Source: Candidatus Krumholzibacteriia bacterium
GTDB lineage: Bacteria > Krumholzibacteriota > Krumholzibacteriia > JAJRXK01
NCBI GenBank assembly: GCA_041484665.1
Contig: JBGPIA010000002.1
Location: 480,001-544,000 of the forward strand
Direction: 5' to 3'
DNA length: 64,000 nt
Positions 18,116 to 30,100 of the stretch are shown here, one piece after another (position 1 is the stretch's first letter; each line of letters begins with the position of its first letter). Both the position numbers and the translations under genes were made by a program. The notes under the pieces were generated by a model. That model saw only the letters and a list, made by a program, of their open reading frames with translations, was not told the DNA's origin and searched no databases.

Positions 18116-19404
18116 GCAGGCAGCGCCGACAGCAGCTCGTCGTTGGTGGGGTACTTCGCCATCATCTTGAGCAGGCCTTCCATCGCGCGGTCGGGGGACA
18201 TGCTGGCCAGAACCCGGCGCATCTTGTGGATCTGCTCCACCTGGTGCGGCGCGAAGAGCTTCTCCTCCTTGCGCGTCCCGGTCTTGCCGATGTCCACGGC
18301 GGGGAAGATCCGCTTCTCGAACAGTTGGCGCGACAGCACGATCTCGGTGTTCCCGGTGCCTTTGAACTCCTGGAAGATCACCTCGTCCATGCGCGATCCC
18401 GTGTCGATGAGGGCCGTGCCCAGGATGGTGAGACTGCCGCCCTCCTCGAGCTTGCGCGCAGCCCCGAACAGCCGGCGCGGCATCTGCATCGTGTTGGCGT
18501 CGAGCCCGCCCGAGAGCGTGCGGCCCGAGTCGCCCTGCACCGTGTTGTAGGCGCGGGCGAGCCGGGTGATGGAGTCCAGCAACATCACCACGTCCTTCCC
18601 CTGACCGACGGGCGTGACGATCCGCTCCAGCGCGTTCTCGGTGGTGGCCACGTGCTGCTGCGCGGTCTGGTCGCTCGAGGCCGCGATGACCTCGGCATGG
18701 CTGGAGCGCCGGAAGTGCGTCACCTCCTCGGGCCGCTCGTTCACCAGGAGCGCGAACACCAGCACGTCGGGGTGGTTCTCGGCGAGCGACTTGCAGATCT
18801 CCAGCAGCAGCGTCGTCTTGCCCGCCTTGGGAGGCGCCACGATCAGGCAGCGCTGGCCGCGCCCGAGCGGCGCGAGCAGATCGATCACGCGCGTGGTGAA
18901 GTTCCCGTCCTTGCGCTCGAGGGTCCACCGCTCGTGGGGATCGATGCTGGTGCCGCGCTGTAGCTCCTCGAACAGGCGCCGCAGCGCCTCCTCGCGCGGA
19001 CGCCCGTAGCCGCGCGCGGCGCCTTGTTGCCTGGGTCGGCCGCCGTTGGCGCGCTGCCCCGGCCGCCCGCCACCGGGGCGTCCGCCCGAGCCCGGCTGGC
19101 CCGGTCCGCGGCGCGTCAGCGGACGGCCGGCGGGACGCTGTCCCTGTTTGTGGGGATGGCCAGGGTTGAACGGGCGCGACCGTTGGTCGCCCTGCCCGCC
19201 CGGAGGACCGGCGGAGTTGGGATTGTTGGGAGGTCCCGGCTGCTGGTTGTCGGGCCGACGCTCCGTCCCGGGGCGATCGGTCCCTTGAGGATGTGAGTTG
19301 GCGGGGCCGCCGCTGGTGTTGCCGCGGCCGCCCTGGGCCAGTGCGTGCGCGCTCGACGTCCTACGGCGCCGACGTCGTCCGCGTTCGGTTTTCTCGGTCG
19401 TCAT
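18112..19404 (-). CDS. rho: Transcription termination factor Rho homologue lacking the OB-fold RNA-binding domain, with a low-complexity N-terminus
   Basis: RGQRCLIVAPPKAGKTTLL, NERPEEV, LDSITRLARAYN, FGAARKLEEGGSLTI, EFKGTGN, GTRKEEKL. Confidence 0.88.
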   Translation of the reverse strand: MTTEKTERGRRRRRRTSSAHALAQGGRGNTSGGPANSHPQGTDRPGTERRPDNQQPGPPNNPNSAGPPGGQGDQRSRPFNPGHPHKQGQRPAGRPLTRRGPGQPGSGGRPGGGRPGQRANGGRPRQQGAARGYGRPREEALRRLFEELQRGTSIDPHERWTLERKDGNFTTRVIDLLAPLGRGQRCLIVAPPKAGKTTLLLEICKSLAENHPDVLVFALLVNERPEEVTHFRRSSHAEVIAASSDQTAQQHVATTENALERIVTPVGQGKDVVMLLDSITRLARAYNTVQGDSGRTLSGGLDANTMQMPRRLFGAARKLEEGGSLTILGTALIDTGSRMDEVIFQEFKGTGNTEIVLSRQLFEKRIFPAVDIGKTGTRKEEKLFAPHQVEQIHKMRRVLASMSPDRAMEGLLKMMAKYPTNDELLSALPA

Positions 19405-19859
19405 GGATCCCCATTGGCAGGGTGGAACCGTACTCGGAGCCGGATCGTCCCGCAGTTCGCCGCCGGACGTTGGCACCAGCGTGGGTCTGGCAAGGAAGCA
19501 TCGGGAGCCCTGCGCCGGGGCCACTCCCCCGTCGCCGGCGGCCTCTGTCCTGTGGGCCTGCACACTCCCGAGGAGCTGCCTCCGCTCCGCGCCCTCTGCG
19601 CCCGCAGCGCAGGATTTCGATACTGAGTATAGCGCGGAATTCGCGAGACACGGTCGAATCGGAGAGGCCGCGGCCTGCAGCCAGGGCCTCTCGCACACCA
19701 GTACGTCTACTCCAAGACGTGCCCGGGTGCAATCACTTCGTTGCGCACGGGAAGCCGATTTCCTTGCCTGCGGCCCAGGCGTGGGGCGCGCCGACTCACT
19801 GTTGCGTTCGGCGGCGATCTGCCCGATGTTCCCCCCTCGTCCTTCCCCGCGGTGGAGCA

Positions 19860-21248
19860 ATGACCCAACCGACCGACCCGCCGTCGCCAGAGCAGAAGCC
19901 CGGATTCATGCAGATGCTGCAGGGGCTCTGGCGCACCTCCCGCGGCTATTTGCTGGTGAACTGGGTCAACTTCGGCGACGGCATCGCCTACTTCGGCTTC
20001 CTGGCACTCATGACGCTGTTCTTGCGCGTCAACGCCGGGTTCTCCACGCAGATCTCCAGCATCGCGGTGAGCTTCTTCACGGGCGGCGTCACGATCTTCA
20101 TGGCGCTGGGCGGGGGAACCGTCTCTGACCGGTTGGGCGCACGCCGGGCGTTGTCCGTCTCGCTGGCGGTCGTGCTGGTCGGACGCGTCCTATTCACCCT
20201 CAGCCCACAGGCCGGCGGTCACGGGATGGTCGCGGCGCTGGCCGCGTTCGCGATCTTGGTGATGGCCTTCGGCGAGGGCGTGATCCAGCCGGCGCTGTAT
20301 GCCGGTGTGAAGGAGTACACCGCCCCGGGCACGGCCACGATGGGGTACGCCTTCCTGTACTCGATCATGAATCTGGGCATCGTGGCCGGTGAGCTGCTCT
20401 CTCCCCTGGTGCGCGAGTTCTGGGCGCGGCACTTCGAGGGGCTGGACGTGCAGCAGCATCCTTCGGCGGGAATCGCCGGGTCGTTCTGGCTGTTCACCGC
20501 TTTCACCGGCGTGCTGCTGCTGAGCAACGTCCTGCTGTTCACGCGCAAAGTCGAGCGGCGCGACCGCGTGGTCGTGCCGCAGCCCGAGTCCAAGGCCGCG
20601 GGCGGCTGGGCGCAGCGCCTTCGCTCGTTGCCGATCCTCGACGGACGGTTCCTGTTCTTCATCTTCGTGCTGCTGCCGGTCCGGACGCTGTTCGCGCACC
20701 AGTGGCTGACGCTTCCGGATTACGTGACGCGGGCGTTCCCGGCCGAGGTCGGCGCCCGCTGGGAGTGGATCAACGGGCTCAACCCGCTGGTGATCGTGAT
20801 CGGCGTGCCCGTGATCGCGGCCCTGACCCGCCGCCGGCACGTCATTGACATGATGATCGTGGGCACGCTCATCTCGGCGGTATCGAGCTTCCTGCTGGTG
20901 ACGGGCCCCAATCTGACCTTGCTGTTGATCTATGTAGTGGTCTTCTCGCTGGGCGAGGCGGCGTGGTCTTCGCGCTTCCTGGAGTACGTGGCCGATCTCG
21001 CGCCGGCCAACCGTGTGGGGATCTACATGGGGGTGGCGGGGATCCCATGGTTCTTGGCCAAGATGATCACCGGCCTGTACGCGGGCACGATGGTGGAGCA
21101 CTTCATCCCGCAGCAGGGGGTCCAGCACACGAGCGTGCTCTGGCTGATCCACGGCTCGATCGCCATGCTGAGCCCCGTGGGCCTGATCGTGGCGCGGCGC
21201 TGGTTGCTCAAGCGCGAGGCCGCCGGCCGCGCAGCGACCGCGGCCTAG
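19860..21248 (+). CDS. MFS transporter, POT/PTR peptide transporter-like
   Basis: GGTVSDRLGARR, GYAFLYSIMNLG, INGLNP, SLGEA..S; about 12 TM helices; GGAG RBS. Confidence 0.8.
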   Translation: MTQPTDPPSPEQKPGFMQMLQGLWRTSRGYLLVNWVNFGDGIAYFGFLALMTLFLRVNAGFSTQISSIAVSFFTGGVTIFMALGGGTVSDRLGARRALSVSLAVVLVGRVLFTLSPQAGGHGMVAALAAFAILVMAFGEGVIQPALYAGVKEYTAPGTATMGYAFLYSIMNLGIVAGELLSPLVREFWARHFEGLDVQQHPSAGIAGSFWLFTAFTGVLLLSNVLLFTRKVERRDRVVVPQPESKAAGGWAQRLRSLPILDGRFLFFIFVLLPVRTLFAHQWLTLPDYVTRAFPAEVGARWEWINGLNPLVIVIGVPVIAALTRRRHVIDMMIVGTLISAVSSFLLVTGPNLTLLLIYVVVFSLGEAAWSSRFLEYVADLAPANRVGIYMGVAGIPWFLAKMITGLYAGTMVEHFIPQQGVQHTSVLWLIHGSIAMLSPVGLIVARRWLLKREAAGRAATAA

Positions 21249-21988
21249 GCGCGCGCGGCGCCCTCAGCGCGGGGCACCGTCGCAGCAAGTCCGAGCTTCG
21301 CCCCAAGCGCGGCCAGGACCGTGACCTGCGCGGCAGGCAACGGCAGCGCGCCCGTGTTGATCACAAGATCGTAGTCCCCCAGGTCATCCAGATCGCGGTG
21401 GAGGATGTTGCGCACGAGGGCGGCCTGGCTCGCATCGGCGGCTTCGATCCAGCGCGCCGCAGCGCGGTCGTCGCAGCCGCGCTCCCGGGCGACGTGGTGG
21501 ATGCGCTGCGCAAGCGGGGCGATCACGCGCACGCGCAGCCCGAACTCCGGCGGCAGGATCAGATGCGCCCCGCGCCCCAGCAGCACGACGTCGCCGCGCG
21601 CGCCGGCGGCCGAGACGGTCGCGACCAGGTTCGTCAGGTACTGGCGGTGCCCCGGGTAGGTATGGTCGAGGGCGAGCTGGATCGCCTCGTGGAGGGCGTC
21701 GTGGGGCCCCTCCTCGAGGCGCCGCAGCGCCTTGGGCTCCACGCGCGCCCGCTCGGCCATCTTCTCCAGGAGCGTGCGGTCGTACAGCTCCCAACGCAGC
21801 TGTTGCGCAAGACCGTGCGCCAGCTCCGCCCCACCGGAGCCGTGCTGGCGCGACACGGTGAGATACGGGCCTGGCTGCTTGGCCAGCTGCGCGCTGCCCT
21901 GCGAGCGGCTGCGCTGCTCGGCGTGCCAGAGCGTGATCTGCCGCGCGACGATCTGCTGGATGTGGGGGATCTCGATGCGGATCGTCAT
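21245..21988 (-). CDS. Cytidylate kinase-like family protein
   Basis: LTVSRQHGSGGAELA..LAQQLRWELYD, VLLGRGA, YDLVINT. Confidence 0.8.
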   Translation of the reverse strand: MTIRIEIPHIQQIVARQITLWHAEQRSRSQGSAQLAKQPGPYLTVSRQHGSGGAELAHGLAQQLRWELYDRTLLEKMAERARVEPKALRRLEEGPHDALHEAIQLALDHTYPGHRQYLTNLVATVSAAGARGDVVLLGRGAHLILPPEFGLRVRVIAPLAQRIHHVARERGCDDRAAARWIEAADASQAALVRNILHRDLDDLGDYDLVINTGALPLPAAQVTVLAALGAKLGLAATVPRAEGAARA

Positions 21989-22175
21989 GATGGATGCCTC
22001 CCGCAGGAACGAGTGGGCAGGCGCCACTATCAATCATATCCCAGGAGCGCGTACCCTCCAGGGCAATCTCGCCTGCGGGGGCGCGGTCCTGCGGACATGG
22101 GCCGCCCACTGTCTGCGGTGCGCGCGGCGCAGTCCCGCGTCGCGCACGTGCGCCGGGCAGACGAGCCGAGCCGGG

Positions 22176-22820
22176 ATGAACCAACCGCCGATGAAGGCGC
22201 TACAAACCGATGATCCGCAGGTTCGCCGTGCCGCGCGGGCGCACTTGCGCCGGGCGGACCCCGTGCTCGCCACGCTGATCGGTCCGCGCGACCTGTGCCC
22301 CGGCCGCCGCCGCGGCCGCTTGGCTGCGCTGGTGCGCTCGATCGTGGGCCAGCAGCTGGGGCTGAAGGCAGCCGCCACCATCCACGGGCGCCTGGTGGAG
22401 CGCCTGGCCGGCCAGCTTACGCCGCAGGCGTTGCTCGCCCTCGACGACGCCACCTTCCGCGCGGCGGGCATCTCCCGCCAGAAGACGGCCGCGCTCCGCG
22501 ACTTGGCACGCAGGGCCGACACGGGCGCCCTGCGGCTGGCGGGGCTGCACCGCCGCGACGACGCGGCGGTCGTGGAGCACCTCGTCCAGGTGCGCGGCAT
22601 CGGGCAGTGGACCGCCGAAATGTTCCTGATCTTCGTGCTGGCGCGCCCCGACGTGCTCAGCGTCGGCGATCTCGGGCTGCAGACCGCCGTCCAGCGGGCC
22701 TATGGCTTGCGCGCGCGGCCCAAGCCCGCAGCCTTGCAGGCGCTCGCCGAGCCTTGGCGCCCCTACCGCAGCGTCGCCTCGTGGTACCTGTGGGCGAGCC
22801 TGGGGGGATGGGGAGTGTGA
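22176..22820 (+). CDS. alkA: DNA-3-methyladenine glycosylase II (HhH-GPD family)
   Basis: RSIVGQQL, VRGIGQWTAEMFLIF HhH motif, GDLG, WRPYRSVASWYLW. Confidence 0.88.
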   Translation: MNQPPMKALQTDDPQVRRAARAHLRRADPVLATLIGPRDLCPGRRRGRLAALVRSIVGQQLGLKAAATIHGRLVERLAGQLTPQALLALDDATFRAAGISRQKTAALRDLARRADTGALRLAGLHRRDDAAVVEHLVQVRGIGQWTAEMFLIFVLARPDVLSVGDLGLQTAVQRAYGLRARPKPAALQALAEPWRPYRSVASWYLWASLGGWGV

Positions 22821-22859
22821 GCTGCGCCGGTCGGGGTGGAAACGCCTCGTGCGAGCCGC

Positions 22860-23216
22860 TCAGTTGAATGTGACCGTGTGCGTGTGCGCGCTCGTGGAGG
22901 TCGAGGTGACCGCCACCTGCGTCCCTCCGGCGATGTTCTGCACCTGCTGCGCGGTCAACGTGGCGCTGTGGGTGTGCCCGGCGGATCCGGACTGGAGCGT
23001 CAGGTTCACCTGGTTTCCGGCCACCAGCTCGGCTTGCGTCACGCAGTCGACGGGATGCGTGTGCCCGGCGGCGGGGGAGACGGTTCCGTTCTTCGCGCAA
23101 TCGGGCGGATTGGGCCCGGTCCCGCCCTTGTCCTCGCTGCACCCGCTCACTTTGATGCTCACCGCCGCCCAGGTGGCGACCAGTCCGGCGTTGGCCAGGA
23201 AGGTCCTTCGGTCCAT
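22860..23216 (-). CDS. Small Tat-exported lipoprotein with three HxH motifs (putative metal-binding)
   Basis: MDRRTFL twin-arginine motif, VSGC lipobox, GHTH/GHTH/AHTH. Confidence 0.75.
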   Translation of the reverse strand: MDRRTFLANAGLVATWAAVSIKVSGCSEDKGGTGPNPPDCAKNGTVSPAAGHTHPVDCVTQAELVAGNQVNLTLQSGSAGHTHSATLTAQQVQNIAGGTQVAVTSTSTSAHTHTVTFN

Positions 23217-23446
23217 CGCATGCCTCGCACGGGGGAGAGGATCCTGGAGAAGGGAGCAACCGCGACCCCTACACTAGTATGCCAGGCGACCGTGGACGTA
23301 AAGGGCTGCCTGCGCCAAGACCGCGCCCTGCGCTCCGTCTTCCGGTGCTCCCGTCCGCGGCGGGTTCGTGCTACCCTCTCTCCCGTCGCGGTCGCGGCGC
23401 TCGCCGCGCGACCGCTTGCGCAACGCTCTCTCGCCCAGGATCCGTC

Positions 23447-25126
23447 ATGCACGCTCTGCCGATCCGCGACTCGCGGGCGCGCCCGCGCGCGCGCTGCCGC
23501 GCGCGCTCCCGCGCGCGTCCCAACACCGGCGGCGCCGGCACGGCGCTGCGGCGAGCCCTGACCGCAGCGGCATTCGCGACCGCGGCGGGCCGATGGGCGG
23601 CACCGGCGGTCGCCCAGAGCCCACCAGGCCCGGCCCCGTTGGCCAACCCCTCCCCCTTGGCCGCGGCCTACCAGCCGGCCGTCGAGCGTATCACGCACGA
23701 GGCCCTCGGCTCCCGCGCGGCCTACGAGCGCCTCGCGATCCTCTGCGACCACTTCGGCAATCGCCTGAGCGGCACGCCGCAGCTGGAGGCGGCCATCGCC
23801 TGGGCGGCCGCCGAGCTGCGCGCGGATGGCCTTGCGAACGTGCGACTGGAGCCGGTCATGGTCCCCGTGTGGGTGCGTGGCGAGGAGCGGGCGTTCACGC
23901 TGGAGCCGGCCCGCCACAAGCTCTCCATCCTGGGGCTAGGCGGCAGTGTGGGGACACCGCCGGGGGGCATCACGGCCGCGCTGGTCGTCGTGGGTAGCTT
24001 CGCCGAGGCCGACTCGCTGGGGCGGTTGGGCAGATTACGGGAGAAGATCGTCCTCTACGACGTGCCCTTCACGAGCTACGGCGAGACCGTGCGCTACCGC
24101 GGCGGCGGCCCTTCCAACGCCGCCAAGCACGGCGCGGTGGCGGCGCTGGTGCGCTCGGTCGGACCGATCAGCTACGACACTCCCCACACCGGCGCGCTGC
24201 GCTACGCACCGGACGTGCCGAGCATCCCCGCGGCGGCGGTCACCATCGAGAACGCCACCATGCTGCGCCGGATGCAGCAGCGCGGCGACGCGATCCAGGT
24301 GCACCTGGAGATGGACGCCCACATGCTGCCCGACGCTCCCTCGGCCAACCTGTTGGGTGAGATCGTGGGCCGCGAGCTGCCGCAGGAGATCGTGGTGATC
24401 GGCGGCCACATCGATTCGTGGGACGTCGGGCAGGGTGCGCAGGACGACGGCGTGGGCTGCATCCTCTCCATGGCCGCAGCGCAGCTCATCAAGCGCCTGG
24501 ACCTCAAGCCGCGCCGTACGATCCGGGTCGTGCTCTTCACCAACGAGGAGAACGGCCTGCGGGGCGGCAACGCGTACCGCGACGCCCATCGCGCCGAGCT
24601 GCGCAACCACGTCGCCATGCTCGAGACCGATTCGGGGAATGGGCCCGTGTTGGGCTTCCGGCTGCACCTGCCGCCGCTGGGAGCCCCGCCGACGAATGAC
24701 GGGAAGGCAGAAACGCCGCCGGCGGCGGCCGGCCCGCCGCAGCCGGCCCCGGGTTCGCCGCAGCCGGCCCCTGGTGCCGCGGCCACGCCCGAGGACCCCC
24801 CGGTGGCTGCGGCAAAGCAGCGTGCTCTGGACTTGCTGGCGGAGGTGGGGCAGCTGCTCGCGCCGCTGGGAGCCACCACGATGCACCTGGCAGGGTCGGG
24901 CGCCGATGTCGGCCCCAGCGTCGAGGCGGGCGGTGTGGGGATCGGCGTGGAGCACGACATCGCCCACTACTTCGACGTGCACCACACGTGGGCCGACACC
25001 TTCGACAAGGTCGACGCCGGCGAGCTGGCGCACAACGTGGCGTGCGTGACCGCCCTGGCGTACGTGCTGGCGGACATGCCGGGGCGCCTGCTCGTGGCGC
25101 CTGCGCCGCCGCCCCCGGCCCGCTGA
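23447..25126 (+). CDS. M28 family peptidase, carboxypeptidase Q-like, with PA domain
   Basis: FGNRLSGT, VPVWVRGEE, GGHIDSWDVGQGAQDDG, TNEENGLRG, YFDVHHTWADT. Start position uncertain. Confidence 0.88.
   Translation: MHALPIRDSRARPRARCRARSRARPNTGGAGTALRRALTAAAFATAAGRWAAPAVAQSPPGPAPLANPSPLAAAYQPAVERITHEALGSRAAYERLAILCDHFGNRLSGTPQLEAAIAWAAAELRADGLANVRLEPVMVPVWVRGEERAFTLEPARHKLSILGLGGSVGTPPGGITAALVVVGSFAEADSLGRLGRLREKIVLYDVPFTSYGETVRYRGGGPSNAAKHGAVAALVRSVGPISYDTPHTGALRYAPDVPSIPAAAVTIENATMLRRMQQRGDAIQVHLEMDAHMLPDAPSANLLGEIVGRELPQEIVVIGGHIDSWDVGQGAQDDGVGCILSMAAAQLIKRLDLKPRRTIRVVLFTNEENGLRGGNAYRDAHRAELRNHVAMLETDSGNGPVLGFRLHLPPLGAPPTNDGKAETPPAAAGPPQPAPGSPQPAPGAAATPEDPPVAAAKQRALDLLAEVGQLLAPLGATTMHLAGSGADVGPSVEAGGVGIGVEHDIAHYFDVHHTWADTFDKVDAGELAHNVACVTALAYVLADMPGRLLVAPAPPPPAR
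24734..24775 (+). repeat. Two-copy 21-bp in-frame tandem repeat (PPQPAPG/SPQPAPG)
   Basis: ccgccgcagccggccccgggt followed by tcgccgcagccggcccctggt. Confidence 0.8.
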
Positions 25127-25376
25127 CAGCGGCGCGCCGGCGCTCGCGACCGGCCGCGCAGGGCCAAGCACCTCCCGCGGACGCGTCGCTCGCCGTGCTC
25201 GTGTCTCCCGATGTCACAGAATCGGATTTGACCGCACGCCGCGCGTTGCGCTGCGTGGAGGCGCGCAGCCATGCGCTCGCCAGCAGCGTGGAGAGCATCC
25301 CTCCCAGTCTCGCCCGTCCACCTCGGCGCCGGAGGCTGCGCGCAGAGCAACCGCTTCATCCTGAAGGGAGACCGCC

Positions 25377-26669
<1,293 letters not shown>

Positions 26670-26677
26670 CGGCCCCT

Positions 26678-26713
26678 CCGGGACGCCGGGGCCCACGGGT
26701 CCCGGCGTGCCGG
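26678..26713 (+). terminator. GC-rich hairpin after gltA (no U-tract)
   Basis: Inverted repeat acgccggg...cccggcgt directly after the stop codon. Confidence 0.35.
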
Positions 26714-26828
26714 GTCGGATCGAGTCCTCCCCCCCGGGCGTTCCATCCCCGGATCGCTGCCGCCGTACGTAGGAACACCGGTCCGTGGCTGTGGGCGCGC
26801 GTGGGACGCGGGCGCGCCGGCAGGGGTC

Positions 26829-26858
26829 TTTACACCCCCGGACGGCTCCAGCTACACT
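26829..26858 (+). promoter_or_regulatory. Putative sigma70 promoter for the 27129 gene
   Basis: TTTACA, 18-nt spacer, TACACT. Confidence 0.45.
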
Positions 26859-27128
26859 TGCAGAGCCTGATCGGGCCAGACGACAGGACGTACCGGCTCC
26901 CCTCGCTGCTCCGGGAGGTACCCCACCTCCACGAAGCACGAGGAATGCAAGGTCCGAGCGCCGGCTGAACTTCCGCCGCGCGCCCCCGGCAGGGCGCGCG
27001 TACGGGGGCCCCCGTCCGACTCCTGTTCTCGTCCCGAGACCGCGTGCAGGCCCGGCGCCGCCGGGCCGTTGCGGGGAGTGCGCGCGGCAGGCAGCACGGA
27101 CGCCCACCTTCCAGGAGGCCACATCAGG

Positions 27129-30100
27129 ATGAAGTCCTTCGCTGCTCTCGCTTCCGGTCTCGTCCTGCTTGCCGCTGCCGGTGGCGCCGCGGCGGCGGCC
27201 CGTCCGCCGAGCGGCCCCCCCCCCTCGGCCCACGCCCGTCCCGAGCTGAGTCTCTACGATCCGGCTGCAGTGCTCCACGGCGGCAGTTCCGATCTCGCCA
27301 AGACACCCGCCGACAGTTTCAACATCTACGGCGGCGTCCGGTCCGACGGGAGCCACAGCCGCCTGCCCGAGGGGCAGTTCAACACGCTCAACTGGTTCCC
27401 CCAGCTGCAGGGCTGGAACAGCGTGGACCTCACGGAGGTCCCCGCCCACTGGCACGTCTCCACGTTCAATGCCGCCATCCTGGATGCGGGCGTTACCCAC
27501 AACCACGCGATGTTCGACGGCGTGGAGACCGGCACATCGGGCTTCACCACTGCTCCGGGCTATGGCAACAACTGGAACGACCAGCTCGACTGGTACGGTC
27601 AGGCCAATCCGGCGATCAACACCACCACACGGTTGACCTTCGATTTCAACCACGACACCGAGCCCGGCTACGACTTCTTTCGCGTCCAGTTCGACTCGGC
27701 GGGCACCATGGTCACCCTGGCTGAGTTCACCGCCAGCAACAAGAACGGTGCCGGACAGTTCATCACGCCGGTGCACTTCGACGGCAGCGTACTCTTCCGC
27801 CCCAACATGTACGTGGGCACCACGTCGAAGTTCGTGCACGAGCGCCTGCGTGTGACCAGCGACGGAGCGTGGTCGGACGAGGACGGCCTCTGGCCCACCA
27901 GCGGGGCGGCCCAGGTGGACAACGTCCAGGTGCGTTTCAATGGCGCCCTCGTGCTGCAGCACGGCGACGGAACGGCCAGCTTCGAGCCCCTGGGTGGCGG
28001 GGTCTTCGACACCGAGTCGTGGTCCCCGGTGGCAGCCGACTTCGCCGGAGACTTCGGCAAGCTCTTCCCCCAGCTGGCGGCCATCGATCCCTGCCGCATC
28101 GATTTGACGCCGCAGATCGGCTTCATCGACGACGGCACGCCGCCGCGCAACGCTCCCACCCGTTCCACCGGAGGGTCGACCTCGCCCACCTGGGGCTACG
28201 GCGTGGAGGGCGGCTGGGTGGTCAACTACACGGGGGGCCTCACGCTGGGCGCGCAGGGGATCAACAACGAGTACTGGTCGCCCGAGATCGTCTGGAACGA
28301 TCCCACCACCACCGCAGACGACGCCCTCACGGGCGGCGCCTTCGCGCGCTGGAACGTCTGGCAGCACCTGCCGCTGCTCAACGGCATGTTCTGGGTGTGG
28401 CACGTGCGCAGCTACCCCGACCCCACCGGCACGTGGACATCGTGGCAAGACCGCAACTTCGTCTACTACGGCGGCGGCGTCGCCCTCTACGCCACCGTCC
28501 AGGCCGACGTCTCGGATCTGCTGGTCAACAATCCGCAGAAGGTCCAGCTCGCGCTGGGTACGGTGGACCTCGCCGATCTCTTCGGGTACCCGGGCAACGA
28601 CGCCACGCCGTCCCCCACCTTCGACAACGTCAGCTTCTGGAAGTACGCGGCCACCGGCCCCGCCTTCACCACACGCGAGATCGACCTGTTCAACGACGCA
28701 TTCGCCACCGGCGGCGGGTTCAACTACAAGCGAAACCCGGCCGACCTCTCCGTGCGCATGGACATGGCGCGCGACATCAGCACCGGCACGGCCAACGCGC
28801 CGGGCGACTCCATCATCGTGGACGTGGTCGCTACCGTGCCCGGCACCACGCTGGCGGGCCCGGGGCCCGGTGGGCGGCCCGTCATGCGTTGGATCCTGGA
28901 CGCCAACCCGGCGTTCAATGCCGTGCGTTCGCTCCCCCCCGGTGCCGTTGCGGCGGGTGTGAGCGCGCGCGGCTTCAGCCAATGGCGGGGCACGGCAAAT
29001 GGCGACTCGGCGCGGACCGCCGGAGGCTCTGCGATTGCCCATCGCTTCTTCTTCGACGTGCCCAATGACGGGCCGGCGCTGCGCCCCTACCAGACCAACG
29101 AGCCCAAGCTGTTCTTCCCCGGCGACATCGTCCGCTACTACATCGAGGCCCGGGACAGCGGGGCGCACAGCTCGACGCTGCCGGCGGACACCGTGGGGTT
29201 CGCGCGTGGAGTGGCCTACAACCGCGTCTTCACGATCCGCGCGCTGCCGACCCTACGCGTGACGATCGCGGGGCACGACACCACCGTCACCCAGCCGCGC
29301 ATCCTGGTGGTGAACGACTTCGGTCACCGCGGCGGCGAGGACGAGTGGCTGCAGGCGTTCGGCCAGAATGGCCTCGTGGAGGGGGTGGACTTCGACACCT
29401 ACACGGTGCAGGGGCCGAGCTCGCTGGTCAGCAACGGTATCGGCTCGGCCGGCGCCCACGGCGCCAACGCGCAGCAGCTGCAGGGTTACTCCAGCGTGCT
29501 GTACGACTGCGGAAACCTCTCCAACGGGCTGATCAGCAATGGGTCCAACGCCAACGGCAATGACAAGGGCGACGACGCGGGCACCCTCACCGGTTGGCGC
29601 TCGCAGGCGGCCGATCGTTTCGCCGCGTACTTCGGCGACAACATCGGCGCAGGCCTGGTCAGCCAGGGCGGGACGTCGCTCACGTTCCTGGCGAACGCCA
29701 TGGGCGTGACCTACGTCGCCGACGACGTACGCCTGGAGATCGGCGACCAGACGGCCCCGCTCGCCAAGCCGACGGGCCAGGGTTCGACCGTCGGTCTGTT
29801 CTCGCAGGTGTACGTGGCCTACGGCGGCTGCTTGTCGATCAACCAGTTCGACAGCATGCGGCCGGCCGCCGGAACCGGCGCGGTCAGGGCCCACGAGTTC
29901 CTCAGCCGCAGCGGCGTCCCCGGGCAGTACGGCCCCGCCGCGAGCGTCTACTACGCACGCACCGACACCCTGGCCGGGACGCCCCGCCGCCGCGTGGCCC
30001 TGACCTTCCCGTACGGGTTCCTGTACGTGCAGGACATCATCCCCAAGGCGCCCGGGGGTGCGTCGGGACGGGCGAAGCTGCTGGCGGAGATCCTGCGGGC

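Noticed and set aside
19405..19860. Upstream in-frame extension of the rho ORF as the missing OB domain
   Set aside because: The translation shows no Rho N-terminal motifs and runs up to the start of the divergent MFS gene.
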